NCBI GenBank assembly: GCA_034003985.1
Contig: JAVEXP010000001.1
Coordinates: forward strand, 155,347 to 219,346
Reading direction: 5' to 3'
Origin: Patescibacteria group bacterium
GTDB lineage: Bacteria; Patescibacteriota; Patescibacteriia; Buchananbacterales; UBA6539
Length of the DNA: 64,000 bases
A model generated the notes under the pieces. That model searched no databases, had not been told where the DNA came from, and saw nothing but the letters and a program-made list of their open reading frames with translations. Made by a program: the position numbers and the translations under genes. The first letter of the stretch is position 1. Every line of letters begins with the position of its first letter. Of this stretch, positions 26,479 through 37,121 are shown one piece after another.

Positions 26479-26717
26479 TGATGATTTTTTTAAAAAATTA
26501 AGCTTAAATTTTTTCAGTCTCTGTTTGTTTTTAGCGATTGGATGTTTTCTAGCATGGCTAGAGGTGGCATGTATAGTAGATTCTAGCGGCTAATTTCAAC
26601 TTATTAAAAACCCATTTGACGCACTGCTTTGGGGCGGGGGTGATTGGGTTTATTTTTTTATCATTTTGTGGCATAATTTAAGCTTGTCAAAAATTGAAAT
26701 TATGCTAAAATATAACC

Positions 26718-27749
26718 ATGTCAAATCAGGGAGCGCAGCATTTTAGGTGGCCAGTAATCGGCCATTCTAATATTGTTGCTTACTTACAAAATAATATTAC
26801 TAATGACCAGGTCAGTCATGCCTATTTGTTTGTCGGTCCTGACCATACAGGTAAAAAAACAGTAGCTGATTATTTTGTCAATTCACTGATTTGTGCTGTT
26901 GGTAACAACGATCAAGCGGCAATCAGGCCGTGTGGCGAATGTCAGCATTGTCGTCAATTTAAAAACGGTATTCATCCTGATATTTTTAATGTTGATCGGG
27001 AGATTAACGACAAGACTGGCCGGTTGAAAAAGAATATTAGTATTGAACAAGTCAGGGAGCTTCAGGATCGCTTAAACCTCCATTCTTTTTTGAACTCTTA
27101 CAAGGTTGGCATAATTAACGCCGCTCAGACTTTGAGTTTGGAAGCGGCTAATTCTTTGTTAAAAACTTTAGAAGAGCCATCACCCCAGACCGTTATGATT
27201 ATCATTGTTAATCATTTGTCGCAATTGCCGCGAACGCTGGTTTCCCGTTGCCAAGTCATTAATTTTTTGCCGGTTGGCACCAAAGCGATTACGGATTATT
27301 TAATCAGTCAAAAGATTGATCGCAAACAAGCTAGAAATTTAGGTTCTTTGGCTTTTGGTCTGCCAGGTTTGGCGATTAATTATTATCATGACTCTCAGCA
27401 GTACGAACTGTTACGGGAGCGGTCTAGGGAATTGGTGGCAATTCTCGGTGCGAATTTGACCGCTAGGTTCAAGCTGGTTGGCGATTTGTTGACCGGATTG
27501 GAAGTCGATTCAATTCAATTATTGTTGAATAACTGGCTAAAGACATTGCGCGATGTGCTGTTGATTAAGTGTGGTGCTAATCATTTGATCAGTCAACCTT
27601 TCCTGGCGGGTGAATTAAGCCAAGTGGCAATTAATTACCAAACCGAAAAGATTATGGCGATGATTAAGGAAATTGAAGAAGCTAAAAAAATGTTGTCGGC
27701 CAATGTTAACAATAAATTAACTATTGAAAACCTAGTTTTAAATTTTTAA
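26718..27749 (+). CDS. holB: DNA polymerase III delta-prime subunit.
   Basis: AAA+ P-loop-like GPDHTGKKT and the Zn module CGECQHCRQFKNGIHPD. Confidence 0.8.
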   Translation: MSNQGAQHFRWPVIGHSNIVAYLQNNITNDQVSHAYLFVGPDHTGKKTVADYFVNSLICAVGNNDQAAIRPCGECQHCRQFKNGIHPDIFNVDREINDKTGRLKKNISIEQVRELQDRLNLHSFLNSYKVGIINAAQTLSLEAANSLLKTLEEPSPQTVMIIIVNHLSQLPRTLVSRCQVINFLPVGTKAITDYLISQKIDRKQARNLGSLAFGLPGLAINYYHDSQQYELLRERSRELVAILGANLTARFKLVGDLLTGLEVDSIQLLLNNWLKTLRDVLLIKCGANHLISQPFLAGELSQVAINYQTEKIMAMIKEIEEAKKMLSANVNNKLTIENLVLNF

Positions 27750-27760
27750 AAAATATTTTT

Positions 27761-28813
27761 ATGAAAAAAGTTTTATTTGCCGTTTTAATTTCAACCCTGC
27801 TGGTTTCCGGTTGTACCATCAAGTTTGGCAATTCCAATGCCACCGGCGTGGCCGGGGTGTTCAAATCTTTTGATAAAGGCGAAAATTGGACAGAAAAAAA
27901 TCTATTTTTGCACTCCGGCGGTGTCGGTAGTATTGCCGGAGTCAATGTCGTCAATCTGACTTTTGACCCTCAGGATAGCCGGGCGATTTATTTGGCTTCT
28001 AGCGATAGCGGTTTATTTTATAGTTATGATGCTACTGACAGCTGGTTGAAAGCTAATCAAATTGCAAACGGCAAAATTGAATCAGTGGCCGTTGATCCAA
28101 AAAATAAATGTGTTTTATATGTCAGTTTTGCTACTACGATTTTAAAGAGCAATGATTGCAGTCGCAGCTGGTCAGAAATTTATATTGATACCAGGGCGGA
28201 TAAGAATATCACGGCTTTGGTGGTTGATCATTATGACAACTTGATAGTCTATGCCGGTAATTCAGCCGGAGATATTTTAAAAAGCGTTGACGGTGGCGGT
28301 AACTGGCGGGTGATTCAGAGGTTTAACGATCAAATTACCAAGATTTTGATTGATTCTAACGATAGTCGGATTGTTTATGTTGCCACTAAATCAAAGGGAA
28401 TTTTTAAAACCATTAGTGCCGGTGCCGATTGGTTTGACATTAATGAAAGTTTAAAACCGTATTCCGGGGCCATGGAGTATAAACATTTGATTTTTGACAA
28501 AAGTCAAGCCGATTCATTACTGCTGGTCGCCAAGTATGGTTTGATAAAAACCGCGGACGGTGGTCAGACTTGGGAGCCAATTTCTTTAATTACTCCGCCG
28601 GCCACCACCGATATCTATGCCGTTGCGATGAATCCTCAGGATAACCGGGAAATATATTATGCTACCGCCACCACTTTCTACAAGACGGTGGACGGCGGTC
28701 AAAATTGGATCACTAAAAGATTGCCCAGTTCGGCCGTACCGACTTTTATGCAGGTTGATCCGCTCAACTCCAATGTCATTTATATGGGACTAGCCAATAT
28801 TAATAATCGTTAA
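27761..28813 (+). CDS. Lipoprotein with seven BNR/Asp-box repeats (beta-propeller, Ycf48-like).
   Basis: Lipobox LVSGC. Repeated SxDxGxxW motifs: SFDKGENW, SYDATDSW, SVDGGGNW, TADGGQTW, TVDGGQNW. Confidence 0.7.
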   Translation: MKKVLFAVLISTLLVSGCTIKFGNSNATGVAGVFKSFDKGENWTEKNLFLHSGGVGSIAGVNVVNLTFDPQDSRAIYLASSDSGLFYSYDATDSWLKANQIANGKIESVAVDPKNKCVLYVSFATTILKSNDCSRSWSEIYIDTRADKNITALVVDHYDNLIVYAGNSAGDILKSVDGGGNWRVIQRFNDQITKILIDSNDSRIVYVATKSKGIFKTISAGADWFDINESLKPYSGAMEYKHLIFDKSQADSLLLVAKYGLIKTADGGQTWEPISLITPPATTDIYAVAMNPQDNREIYYATATTFYKTVDGGQNWITKRLPSSAVPTFMQVDPLNSNVIYMGLANINNR

Positions 28814-28821
28814 ATAAATTT

Positions 28822-29370
28822 ATGGATTTAATTAGCTACAAGAAAGATTTTGATAAAGCGTTAGAACTGCTAAAAGATGATTTAGCGACTTTGCGGGTTG
28901 GTCGGGCTAATCCGATTATGGTCGAGAATATTTTAGTGGAGGCTTACGGTAGCAAGACGCCCTTAAAGCAGCTGGCTTCAATTGCTGTTCCGGAAGCCCG
29001 GACTATTTTAATTCAACCTTGGGATAAGGGGGTTAACAAAGATATTGAAAAAGCCATTATCGCAGCCGACATTGGCATTAATCCTGTTAATGAAGGAGCG
29101 CAAATTAGATTGAGTATTCCACCTTTAACCGAAGAGAGCCGCAGGGAGCTGACTAAGTCGGTTGGCGAAAAGATGGAAAAGACCAGAATTACCGTAAGGC
29201 AGTTGCGAGATAAAATTAAAGATGAAATTAATCAGCAAGAGAAAGCTAAAATGATAACCGAAGACGATAAATACAGCTTACAGAAAAAACTTGATGAAAT
29301 GGTTAAAGATTATAATGAGAAAATCAAAGGCATCGGTGACAAAAAAGAAGAAGAAATAATGACTATTTAA
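28822..29370 (+). CDS. frr: Ribosome recycling factor.
   Basis: RVGRANPIMVENILVEAYGSKTPLKQLA is the classic RRF signature. Confidence 0.9.
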   Translation: MDLISYKKDFDKALELLKDDLATLRVGRANPIMVENILVEAYGSKTPLKQLASIAVPEARTILIQPWDKGVNKDIEKAIIAADIGINPVNEGAQIRLSIPPLTEESRRELTKSVGEKMEKTRITVRQLRDKIKDEINQQEKAKMITEDDKYSLQKKLDEMVKDYNEKIKGIGDKKEEEIMTI

Positions 29371-29371
29371 T

Positions 29372-30538
29372 ATGCTATTAACCTTAGTATCATTTTTTGC
29401 CATTTTAGGCATTATTGTTTTGGTCCACGAACTGGGTCACTTTTTCGCGGCCCGACGAGGGGGAATAAAAGTTGATGAGTTCGGTCTAGGAATTCCGCCA
29501 AGAATTTTTGGATTTTTTAAAAATTCTGAAGGCCGGTGGCAAATGGTTGGAATGAAAGCCAAAGAGGCCAGTTCGACAATTTGGTCTTTGAATTGGATTC
29601 CACTTGGCGGGTTCGTAAAGATCAAAGGCGAGGAAGGCCAGAATTCGCAGGATGAGGACAGTTTTGCGCACAAAAGTGTTGGTCGAAGGATTTGGGTGGT
29701 TTCCGCCGGCGTGACGATGAATATAATTTTAGCGGTGATTTTACTGACCGTTGGTTTGATCATTGGATCGCCGCAAATCATTGATGAAAATATTCCAACA
29801 GTGGCCAGAATTTCCAATCAGGAATTCAGAATTATTGAAGTACTGGCTGATTCTCCGGCCCAGCAAGCCGGTTTGGCGGTGGCCGATACGGTGTTAAGTA
29901 TTGACGGCCAAACATTTAAGCAAATTTTCGAATTGCAGGATTATGTCAATAGTCGGGCTGACCAGTCGACGGTGCTGGAAATCAAACGCGATGAAGAAAC
30001 CCTTAATATTGAAGTGACTCCCAGGCTGTTAGCCGAGACCAATGATATCGATCTAGGAATTGGTTTGGTACAAACCGGGTTGGTTTCTTTTCCTTGGTAT
30101 GTAGCGCCGTTCTACGGGGTGGGGGAAACCGTTAAGATGGCTGGCGCAGTGGCGGTTGGTTTCTATTTGATGCTTGAAAATTTAATCGTGAATCAGCAAT
30201 TGATTGGCGAAGTTTATGGTCCGGTGGGAATCGCCAGTTTGGTGGGCGACGCTGCCAGATTGGGGATTTTATATTTGATTCAATTGACGGCTGCTTTATC
30301 GGTTATTATTGCGGTGATTAATTTTTTGCCTTTTCCAGCACTAGACGGCGGCCGAGTATTTTTCTTGATTATTGAAGGGATTAGAAAAAAACCGGTGAAT
30401 CAGAAGCTGGAAGCCACAATGCATAATATTGGTTTTGCTTTGTTGATGTTGTTGGTACTGATTGTTACCTATCATGATATCGTCAGAATTTCTGGCGGAT
30501 TCATGCAATGGGGGCAAAAAATTATCAATTTGTTTTAA
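29372..30538 (+). CDS. rseP: RIP metalloprotease RseP (site-2 protease) with a PDZ domain.
   Basis: HELGHFFAAR (HExxH in TM1), PDZ region, and a C-terminal LDGG motif. Confidence 0.85.
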   Translation: MLLTLVSFFAILGIIVLVHELGHFFAARRGGIKVDEFGLGIPPRIFGFFKNSEGRWQMVGMKAKEASSTIWSLNWIPLGGFVKIKGEEGQNSQDEDSFAHKSVGRRIWVVSAGVTMNIILAVILLTVGLIIGSPQIIDENIPTVARISNQEFRIIEVLADSPAQQAGLAVADTVLSIDGQTFKQIFELQDYVNSRADQSTVLEIKRDEETLNIEVTPRLLAETNDIDLGIGLVQTGLVSFPWYVAPFYGVGETVKMAGAVAVGFYLMLENLIVNQQLIGEVYGPVGIASLVGDAARLGILYLIQLTAALSVIIAVINFLPFPALDGGRVFFLIIEGIRKKPVNQKLEATMHNIGFALLMLLVLIVTYHDIVRISGGFMQWGQKIINLF

Positions 30539-30539
30539 G

Positions 30540-30911
30540 ATGAAAATCGGCGTACCATTTGATTTCAGGCAAAATTTTTCGATATTTATGCGTCGGGCCG
30601 GGTATGCCGAATTTAACGATCCCAATACCGGTCAGACTAGTTATGTCAGGAGATTGACTCGGGATTTCTATCCCAGGTTCCACGCTTATGTCCAACAGGA
30701 TCGGGATAATCAGTGGTTTGTTAATCTGCATTTGGATCAGAAAAAACCCAGCTATCAGGGAGCCCACGCTCACAATGCTGATTATGAAGGGACTCGGGTT
30801 GAGGCGGAAGCCGCCAGACTCGAAGGTTTGATTAAAAATCAACTTGACAATCAGAATCAAGTCAGCAGCCGTCAATCTAAAAAAAATTTTTGGCAGCAAT
30901 TATTTCATTAA
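30540..30911 (+). CDS. Hypothetical protein (123 aa).
   Basis: The ATG at 30540 sits 2 nt after the rseP stop. The track's longer ORF overlaps the rseP 3' end. Confidence 0.4.
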   Translation: MKIGVPFDFRQNFSIFMRRAGYAEFNDPNTGQTSYVRRLTRDFYPRFHAYVQQDRDNQWFVNLHLDQKKPSYQGAHAHNADYEGTRVEAEAARLEGLIKNQLDNQNQVSSRQSKKNFWQQLFH

Positions 30912-30914
30912 ATT

Positions 30915-32627
30915 ATGAGACAATCAAAATTATTTGGCCGGACAAACAAAGCCGTTAAAGATTACGCTTCCAAGAACGCGGAACTGTTAATCAAGGGTGG
31001 CTTTATTCAGCAGACAATGGCTGGTGTCTACAGTTTTTTGCCTTTGGGAAAAAGGGTGCTGGATAAAATCGAAAACATTATCAGGGAAGAAATGGACAAA
31101 ATCGGCCAAGAACTTTTGTTGCCGTCAATCGTTCCCAATGACTTGTGGGAGACAACCGGCCGATTGGAAAAAGTCAGCGTGCTTTTCAAGGCGGTGCCGG
31201 GAAACGCCGCATCTAAAAAAGTTAATGATGCTGAATATGTTTTGAATTCGACTCACGAAGAAGTCATAACGCCGATTGCCAAGTCTTTCAATTTTAGTTA
31301 CAAGGATTTACCTTTTGCCGTTTATCAGGTTCAGACCAAATTTCGTAACGAGGCCCGGCCTAAATCGGGATTATTGCGCGGCCGGGAATTTCGGATGAAG
31401 GATTTGTATAGTTTTCACCGTAATGAAGCCGAACTAAAAGAATACTACGAGCAGGCCAAAGCCGCCTATTTTAAAGTTTTTGAGCGTTTGGGGATTGGTC
31501 AGGACACTTATTTGGCCGCTGCGTCGGGCGGTGATTTTACCAAAGATTTTTCTCATGAATTCCAGACCAGGTGCGCCACCGGCGAGGATACCATTTTTTA
31601 TGACCAATCAATTAAGGTGGCCTACAATCGCGAAGTGGCACCGGCTCAGGCACCCGCATTAAAACAAGATCAGGACTTTAAGGAATGCCAGGATGTTGAA
31701 GGCCAGGGAATAATCGGGGTGGCTGAGTTGTCTGGGTTTTTAAACATCCCGGCCGAAAAAACCACTAAAACTTTGATTTATGAAACTGATCGGGGTGAAG
31801 TAATCGCCGCGGCGGTTAGGGGAGTGTATGATATTAATGAAGAAAAGTTAGCCAGGATCATCGGTGTTGAAAGTTTAGAACTGGCCAGCGAGGAGACGGT
31901 TAAAAAAGTTACCGGCGCCAAAGTCGGGTACGCCGGGCTGCTTAATTTAGATAAACAAGTTCGCCAGTTTGTCGACGAGTCTTTAAGAGATCAAGTCAAT
32001 TTCGAGATGGGTGCCAATCGGACAAATTATCATACCGTTAATGTCAACTGGGGACGCGATTTGCCCAAACCGGAAAAGTTCTATGATTTTAAAATCGCCC
32101 GGGAAGGCGATTTAAATCCGGAAACTGGCCAAGTCTATGAAGTCTTTAAAGCCAGTGAGGTTGGCAATATTTTTCCCTTGAATACCAAATTTTCCAGAGC
32201 GTTTAATTATTATTATACCGATGAAGCTGGTCAACAACAGATTGTTTATATGGGTAGCTATGGAATTGGTTCCAGTCGAGTAATGGGAGTATTGGTGGAA
32301 AAGTTTTTCGATAATAAGGGGATAATTTGGCCGGAGAGTGTTGCGCCCTATCAAATCCATTTGCTGCAGTTGGGTTTTGATCAATCAGTTGTCAAAGCGG
32401 CTGAAAAGGCGTATGATAAATTACTTGCCAATGGGGTGGAAGTTCTATTTGATGACCGGATTGAAGCCAGTGCCGGTGAAAAATTCGCTGATGCTGATTT
32501 AATCGGCATCCCTTATCGGTTGGTAATATCGGCAAAAACCAAAAATAAAATAGAAGTCAAAAAAAGAAACGAAGCCAAAACCCAATTGCTGAGTTTGGGG
32601 CAGGTCTTGAAACTTTTAACGAAGTAA
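30915..32627 (+). CDS. proS: Prolyl-tRNA synthetase.
   Basis: Class II aaRS motifs with a ProRS-specific N-terminus (GFIQQTMAGVYSFLPLG) and a C-terminal anticodon-binding domain. Confidence 0.9.
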   Translation: MRQSKLFGRTNKAVKDYASKNAELLIKGGFIQQTMAGVYSFLPLGKRVLDKIENIIREEMDKIGQELLLPSIVPNDLWETTGRLEKVSVLFKAVPGNAASKKVNDAEYVLNSTHEEVITPIAKSFNFSYKDLPFAVYQVQTKFRNEARPKSGLLRGREFRMKDLYSFHRNEAELKEYYEQAKAAYFKVFERLGIGQDTYLAAASGGDFTKDFSHEFQTRCATGEDTIFYDQSIKVAYNREVAPAQAPALKQDQDFKECQDVEGQGIIGVAELSGFLNIPAEKTTKTLIYETDRGEVIAAAVRGVYDINEEKLARIIGVESLELASEETVKKVTGAKVGYAGLLNLDKQVRQFVDESLRDQVNFEMGANRTNYHTVNVNWGRDLPKPEKFYDFKIAREGDLNPETGQVYEVFKASEVGNIFPLNTKFSRAFNYYYTDEAGQQQIVYMGSYGIGSSRVMGVLVEKFFDNKGIIWPESVAPYQIHLLQLGFDQSVVKAAEKAYDKLLANGVEVLFDDRIEASAGEKFADADLIGIPYRLVISAKTKNKIEVKKRNEAKTQLLSLGQVLKLLTK

Positions 32628-32725
32628 TTTTGACATCTTAGAAAGATAAAGGCCGGTGGGAGGTTAATCCAGATCCGGTCTTTGAACTTGTATTTTGAAT
32701 CTAGAATATATTAAGCCGTAAAAAA

Positions 32726-33784
32726 ATGTTTAATCGACTATTTAAAAAGTTTTCTCGAGATGTCGGTATTGATCTGGGGACTTCCAATACCCTGATTTAT
32801 GTTAAAGATCGAGGTATTGTGGTGAACGAATCATCAATCGTGGCGGTCAATAATCGTAACGATCAGATTTTGGCGGTCGGCGAAGAAGCTCAGAAAATGT
32901 TGGGCAAAACGCCGCCGCACATTACAATTTCCAAGCCGTTGGTGGACGGAATAATTTCGGATTTTGAGGTGACGGAAAAGATGCTTAAATATTTTATCGA
33001 CCGATTGTATAAAGAAAGTTTTGGTTTATCGCCCCGGCCGCGAGTGGTTATCGGAGTACCGTTGGATGTGACGGAGGTGGAAAAAAAGGCGGTGGAGGAT
33101 GTGGTTTTGTCGGCCGGTGCCCGTGATGTTTATTTGGTGGAAAATGTGATTGCTACGGCGATTGGCGCCAGACTGCCCATTCAGGATCCGTCAGGGAGTA
33201 TGGTCGTTGATTTGGGCGGTGGCATTACGGAGATTGCGGTCATTTCGCTTTCCGGAGTGGTAGCTTGGAAATCGTTGCGGATTGCCGGTAATAAGATGAA
33301 TCAGGATATTATGGGTTTTGCGCGAAGCGAATTTAATTTGTTGGTTGGGGAACGAGTAGCCGAGGAAATAAAAATTCAAGCCAGCCGTCTAGTTGACAGT
33401 CAAGAACCTCTTGAATTAAGAATGCGTGGTCGTGATTTGATGACCGGCCTGCCCAAAGAAGTAATTGTAACAACTTCCCAAATTAAGCAATCAATGCAGC
33501 GTTCGGTTTTGGGGATTATTGAAGGTATTAAGAGTACGCTGGAAATAACCCCGCCAGAATTGGTGGCCGATATTTACCAGCGCGGCATGATTTTAGCCGG
33601 CGGCGGAGCATTATTGAGCGGTTTGGACAAGATGATTGCCCAGGCCACTCGGATTCCGGTAAAAATAATCGAAGATTCTTTAACCTGTTCGGTTCGGGGC
33701 ATGGGTTTGATTTTGGAAGACGAGAATTTATTGCGGGAAGTGGCCATCCCTTCGTCCACTCAGGAAGAGAAGACTTCGCGTTAG
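32726..33784 (+). CDS. mreB: Rod shape-determining protein MreB, paralog 2, heading the mreBCD-mrdA cluster.
   Basis: VGIDLGTSNTLIYV, DLGGGITE and actin-fold motifs. Confidence 0.9.
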   Translation: MFNRLFKKFSRDVGIDLGTSNTLIYVKDRGIVVNESSIVAVNNRNDQILAVGEEAQKMLGKTPPHITISKPLVDGIISDFEVTEKMLKYFIDRLYKESFGLSPRPRVVIGVPLDVTEVEKKAVEDVVLSAGARDVYLVENVIATAIGARLPIQDPSGSMVVDLGGGITEIAVISLSGVVAWKSLRIAGNKMNQDIMGFARSEFNLLVGERVAEEIKIQASRLVDSQEPLELRMRGRDLMTGLPKEVIVTTSQIKQSMQRSVLGIIEGIKSTLEITPPELVADIYQRGMILAGGGALLSGLDKMIAQATRIPVKIIEDSLTCSVRGMGLILEDENLLREVAIPSSTQEEKTSR

Positions 33785-33795
33785 TTTAGTGTTTT

Positions 33796-34596
33796 ATGCT
33801 TAAAATTTTACGATCACTAAAACTTTCTTGGATATTGTTGGCAGTAGTAATTCTGCTGATTTTTTTGAAGGCCGTTGGAATTCTCTCGCCCCTTGAGGCA
33901 TTAATCACCAGAGTTCTTTCTCCCATTGAGCATTTCGTCTACGCCAGCGGGGTAAAGGTAAACGGGCTTTATTCAAGTTTTACCGGTAAAGATGTTTTGT
34001 TGTCCGAGAATAGCAACTTGAAAGATCAGCTGGCCGCGTTGACGGTCCAGAATGCTCAAATCCAGGTTGAGCTGGCGGAATTAAAGGAGGCTTTAATTCA
34101 ACACGATTTTTTGGATTCACGGGATTTGCGGGCGATTACTGTTAGGGTTGTTGGTAAAAATCCTCAGCCTGATTTTCAGTCAATCATTCTTGATCAGGGA
34201 GCGAAAGCTGGGATTAGAGTTGGTCAGCCGGTGATTGTCAAAGATGGAATGTTGGTGGGCAAGATTTTTAAAGTCAATGATTATACCTCGGAAGCCTTGC
34301 TGCTCAGTGATCCTAGAATTCGGGTGGCGGCGGAAATTCAGAATAATCTTAAAAGTCGGGGGGTTGTTGTCGGTGAACACGGTTTAAGCTTAAAAATGGA
34401 ATTGATTCCTCAAAACGAGATAATCGAGATTGATAATCTGGTGATTACTTCCGGGGTTGAGCCGACGATTCCTCGCGGTTTGGTCATCGGTCGGGTCGTC
34501 AGAATTGAGAGCCAGTCCAATGCGCTTTTCCATTCAGCTTTTGTGAAGCCGATAACCGACATTGAAAATTTATTGGTCGTGTCGGTGATTGAATAA
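33796..34596 (+). CDS. mreC: Rod shape-determining protein MreC.
   Basis: N-terminal TM segment, a coiled-coil (NLKDQLAALTVQNAQIQVELAELKEA), and a beta-rich C-terminal domain. Confidence 0.8.
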   Translation: MLKILRSLKLSWILLAVVILLIFLKAVGILSPLEALITRVLSPIEHFVYASGVKVNGLYSSFTGKDVLLSENSNLKDQLAALTVQNAQIQVELAELKEALIQHDFLDSRDLRAITVRVVGKNPQPDFQSIILDQGAKAGIRVGQPVIVKDGMLVGKIFKVNDYTSEALLLSDPRIRVAAEIQNNLKSRGVVVGEHGLSLKMELIPQNEIIEIDNLVITSGVEPTIPRGLVIGRVVRIESQSNALFHSAFVKPITDIENLLVVSVIE

Positions 34597-34604
34597 CCAG
34601 TTCG

Positions 34605-35147
34605 ATGAATAAAATCATATTAAACATTTTGATAATTATTCTGCTGGGCATTATCCAAGTCAGTTTTTTGACGACTTGGCCTTTTCCAGTCAACAGTTTT
34701 AATTTGATTTTGAGTTTGGTGGTTTTTTTGGTGGTGATTGTTAATTATCATCAGGCTTTATGGTTGGCGTTTGGCGCCGGTTTATTTTTGGAAATTTATA
34801 GTTCCTCGTTTTTCGGGGTGATTGTAATCAGTTTGCTGATACTGGCAATGGCGGTTAATTTTTTATTTAACAATTTTTTTACCAATCGTTCTTCATATTC
34901 CTTGATAATTTTGGGGATTTTGGGCACCTTGATTTACAATTTATTGACGACGGCGATGGATTTTTTGGTTAATCTTTTTCGGGGCGAAGATCTGCTGTGG
35001 TATTATAATATTTGGCCCAAGCTTTTTTGGCAGCCGATTTTTAACGCCATAATTTTACTGGTAATTTTTTATGTTTATTATTTATCGACTGATCGCCTGA
35101 CTACCAGTCTGTTTTTTAGTTCCAATAGCTATGAGAAACGGTCTTAA
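34605..35147 (+). CDS. mreD: Rod shape-determining protein MreD-like membrane protein.
   Basis: Small polytopic membrane protein placed between mreC and the PBP2 gene. Confidence 0.55.
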   Translation: MNKIILNILIIILLGIIQVSFLTTWPFPVNSFNLILSLVVFLVVIVNYHQALWLAFGAGLFLEIYSSSFFGVIVISLLILAMAVNFLFNNFFTNRSSYSLIILGILGTLIYNLLTTAMDFLVNLFRGEDLLWYYNIWPKLFWQPIFNAIILLVIFYVYYLSTDRLTTSLFFSSNSYEKRS

Positions 35148-37083
35148 TTCTAATCCTTTTGGCTTGGCCGCCAACCGAAAATTTGACGGTTATTTTTTGA
35201 ATGACCGGCAAAAAGGCAAATGGTTTGAAGTTGATTTGTTAAACGAGAAGGGTTCGGGTGTAAATAAAAAAGTCAGAGATTCGTTTGTTAGTGACCGAAT
35301 AATCAATTTTTGGATGATAGTTTTGATCGGGGGGTTGTTAATTTTGGGCGGTCGAACGGCTTATATGCAGGTGATCCAAGGTGACCATTTTCGGGCGGTG
35401 GCCGAAGGCAACAGAATCCGAATCAGGGACATTAAAGCCAGCCGGGGCGTGATTTATGATCGCTATCAAAATTTGTTGCTGGAAAATGTTTCCAGCTTTT
35501 CGCTGGCGATTGTTCCGGTTGATTTGCCAAATGATGAGATTGAACTGACGACACTACTTGATCGTCTTTCTCAGATTACCGGTAAATCGGTTGAAGAAAT
35601 CAACGACTTGTTGGCCGGACAATCTGATTATTCATATCAACCGGTGATTTTAGCTGAAAATTTGAACCATGATCAAGCGACAATGGTTGAAATTATTTCC
35701 AGTGAATTTCCGGCCGTGATTTTGCGTTCCGCTAGTTTCCGGCATTATTTGACCACTCCCACCCTGCCTAGCTTATCGCACATTTTGGGTTATGTTGGTA
35801 AGATTGAGGAAAATAAAAAGGCTGATTATTTACAGCAGGGATATTTAATCGACGATTATGTTGGAAAGTCAGGTTTGGAGCTTTTTTACGAAAAAACTTT
35901 AAAAGGAATAAACGGCAAGGAGCAGGTTGAGGTTGATGCTTTCGGCGAGGCAAAAGAAATTTTAGCAAGACAAGAACCGTTGTCCGGTAATAATTTAGTT
36001 TTGACCATTGATTCGGAGTTGCAACGAGTGGCCGAAGAGAGTCTTAATAAAGTTTTGACCAGTCAGCATAAAGGCCGTGGTGCAGTAGTGATCATGAATC
36101 CCAATTCCGGAGAGATTCTCAGTTTGGTGAGCTTGCCTGGTTTTGACAATAATTTATTCAGTCAAGGGATCAGCCAAGAAAATTTCAGTAATTTGATTAA
36201 CGATGAAAATAAACCTTTATTTAACCGGGCGATCAGCGGCGAATATCCGTCCGGTTCAACTTTTAAATTAATTGTCGCGGCCGCTGCTTTGCAGGAAGGA
36301 TTGGTAAATCCCAATACGGGAGTAAACAGTAGTGGCGGAATTTCGGTTGGCAGCTGGTTTTTTCCAGACTGGAAAGCCGGCGGCCATGGTTGGAGTAATT
36401 TGTATAAAGCTTTAGCCGAGTCGGTTAATACTTACTTTTACTTGATTGGCGGCGGGTATAATGATTTTAAAGGTTTAGGTATAGACAAAATCAGGGCTTA
36501 TGCCGAAAAATTAGGTTTAAGCAAACCGTTGAATATTGATTTGCCAAATGAGGCGGCTGGTTTTTTGCCGTCGCCAGAGTGGAAGCAGGAAGCTAAAGGC
36601 GAGCGTTGGTATATTGGTGATACTTATAATTTCTCGATTGGTCAGGGCGATATTTTGGTTACCCCTTTGCAGGTTGCCAACTGGACAGCCTTTTTCGCCA
36701 ATGGCGGAGTGCTGTATAAGCCATATTTGGTCAAAGAGGTTTTGGACTCAAACAACAATGTCATTTCGGAAATTAAGCCAACAATCGTCAGTCAAGGTAT
36801 TGTCAGTGTGGAAAACATCAAGGCAGTTAATCGCGGTTTGCGTCAGGGTGTGACCGATGGCAGTTCGCGGGGATTGTCGAATTTGCCTATTAAAGTCGCG
36901 GCCAAGACGGGAACGGCCCAGTGGTCAAGCAAATATGAACCCCATGCCTGGCTGACGGCTTTTGCCCCTTATGATAATCCGCAAATTGTAGTGACGGTAT
37001 TGGTTGAGGAGGGCGAAGAGGGTAGTACGGTGGCGTTGCCGGTCGCCAGAGATATTTTGTTGTGGTGGTCGCAACATCGATAG
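35131..37083 (+). CDS. mrdA: Penicillin-binding protein 2, the elongasome transpeptidase.
   Basis: SxxK (SGSTFK), SxN and KTG (KTGTAQ) motifs, plus an N-terminal TM anchor. Confidence 0.85.
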   Translation: MRNGLNSNPFGLAANRKFDGYFLNDRQKGKWFEVDLLNEKGSGVNKKVRDSFVSDRIINFWMIVLIGGLLILGGRTAYMQVIQGDHFRAVAEGNRIRIRDIKASRGVIYDRYQNLLLENVSSFSLAIVPVDLPNDEIELTTLLDRLSQITGKSVEEINDLLAGQSDYSYQPVILAENLNHDQATMVEIISSEFPAVILRSASFRHYLTTPTLPSLSHILGYVGKIEENKKADYLQQGYLIDDYVGKSGLELFYEKTLKGINGKEQVEVDAFGEAKEILARQEPLSGNNLVLTIDSELQRVAEESLNKVLTSQHKGRGAVVIMNPNSGEILSLVSLPGFDNNLFSQGISQENFSNLINDENKPLFNRAISGEYPSGSTFKLIVAAAALQEGLVNPNTGVNSSGGISVGSWFFPDWKAGGHGWSNLYKALAESVNTYFYLIGGGYNDFKGLGIDKIRAYAEKLGLSKPLNIDLPNEAAGFLPSPEWKQEAKGERWYIGDTYNFSIGQGDILVTPLQVANWTAFFANGGVLYKPYLVKEVLDSNNNVISEIKPTIVSQGIVSVENIKAVNRGLRQGVTDGSSRGLSNLPIKVAAKTGTAQWSSKYEPHAWLTAFAPYDNPQIVVTVLVEEGEEGSTVALPVARDILLWWSQHR

Positions 37084-37121
37084 CATTTTATAATCATTAA
37101 TAATTTATAAAATTTTAATAT

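Noticed and set aside
26312-26593. 93-aa ORF spanning the 3' end of the glycoside hydrolase gene and its downstream intergenic region.
   Set aside because: It overlaps the GH coding frame and then runs through the terminator and the holB promoter region. No RBS. Likely spurious.
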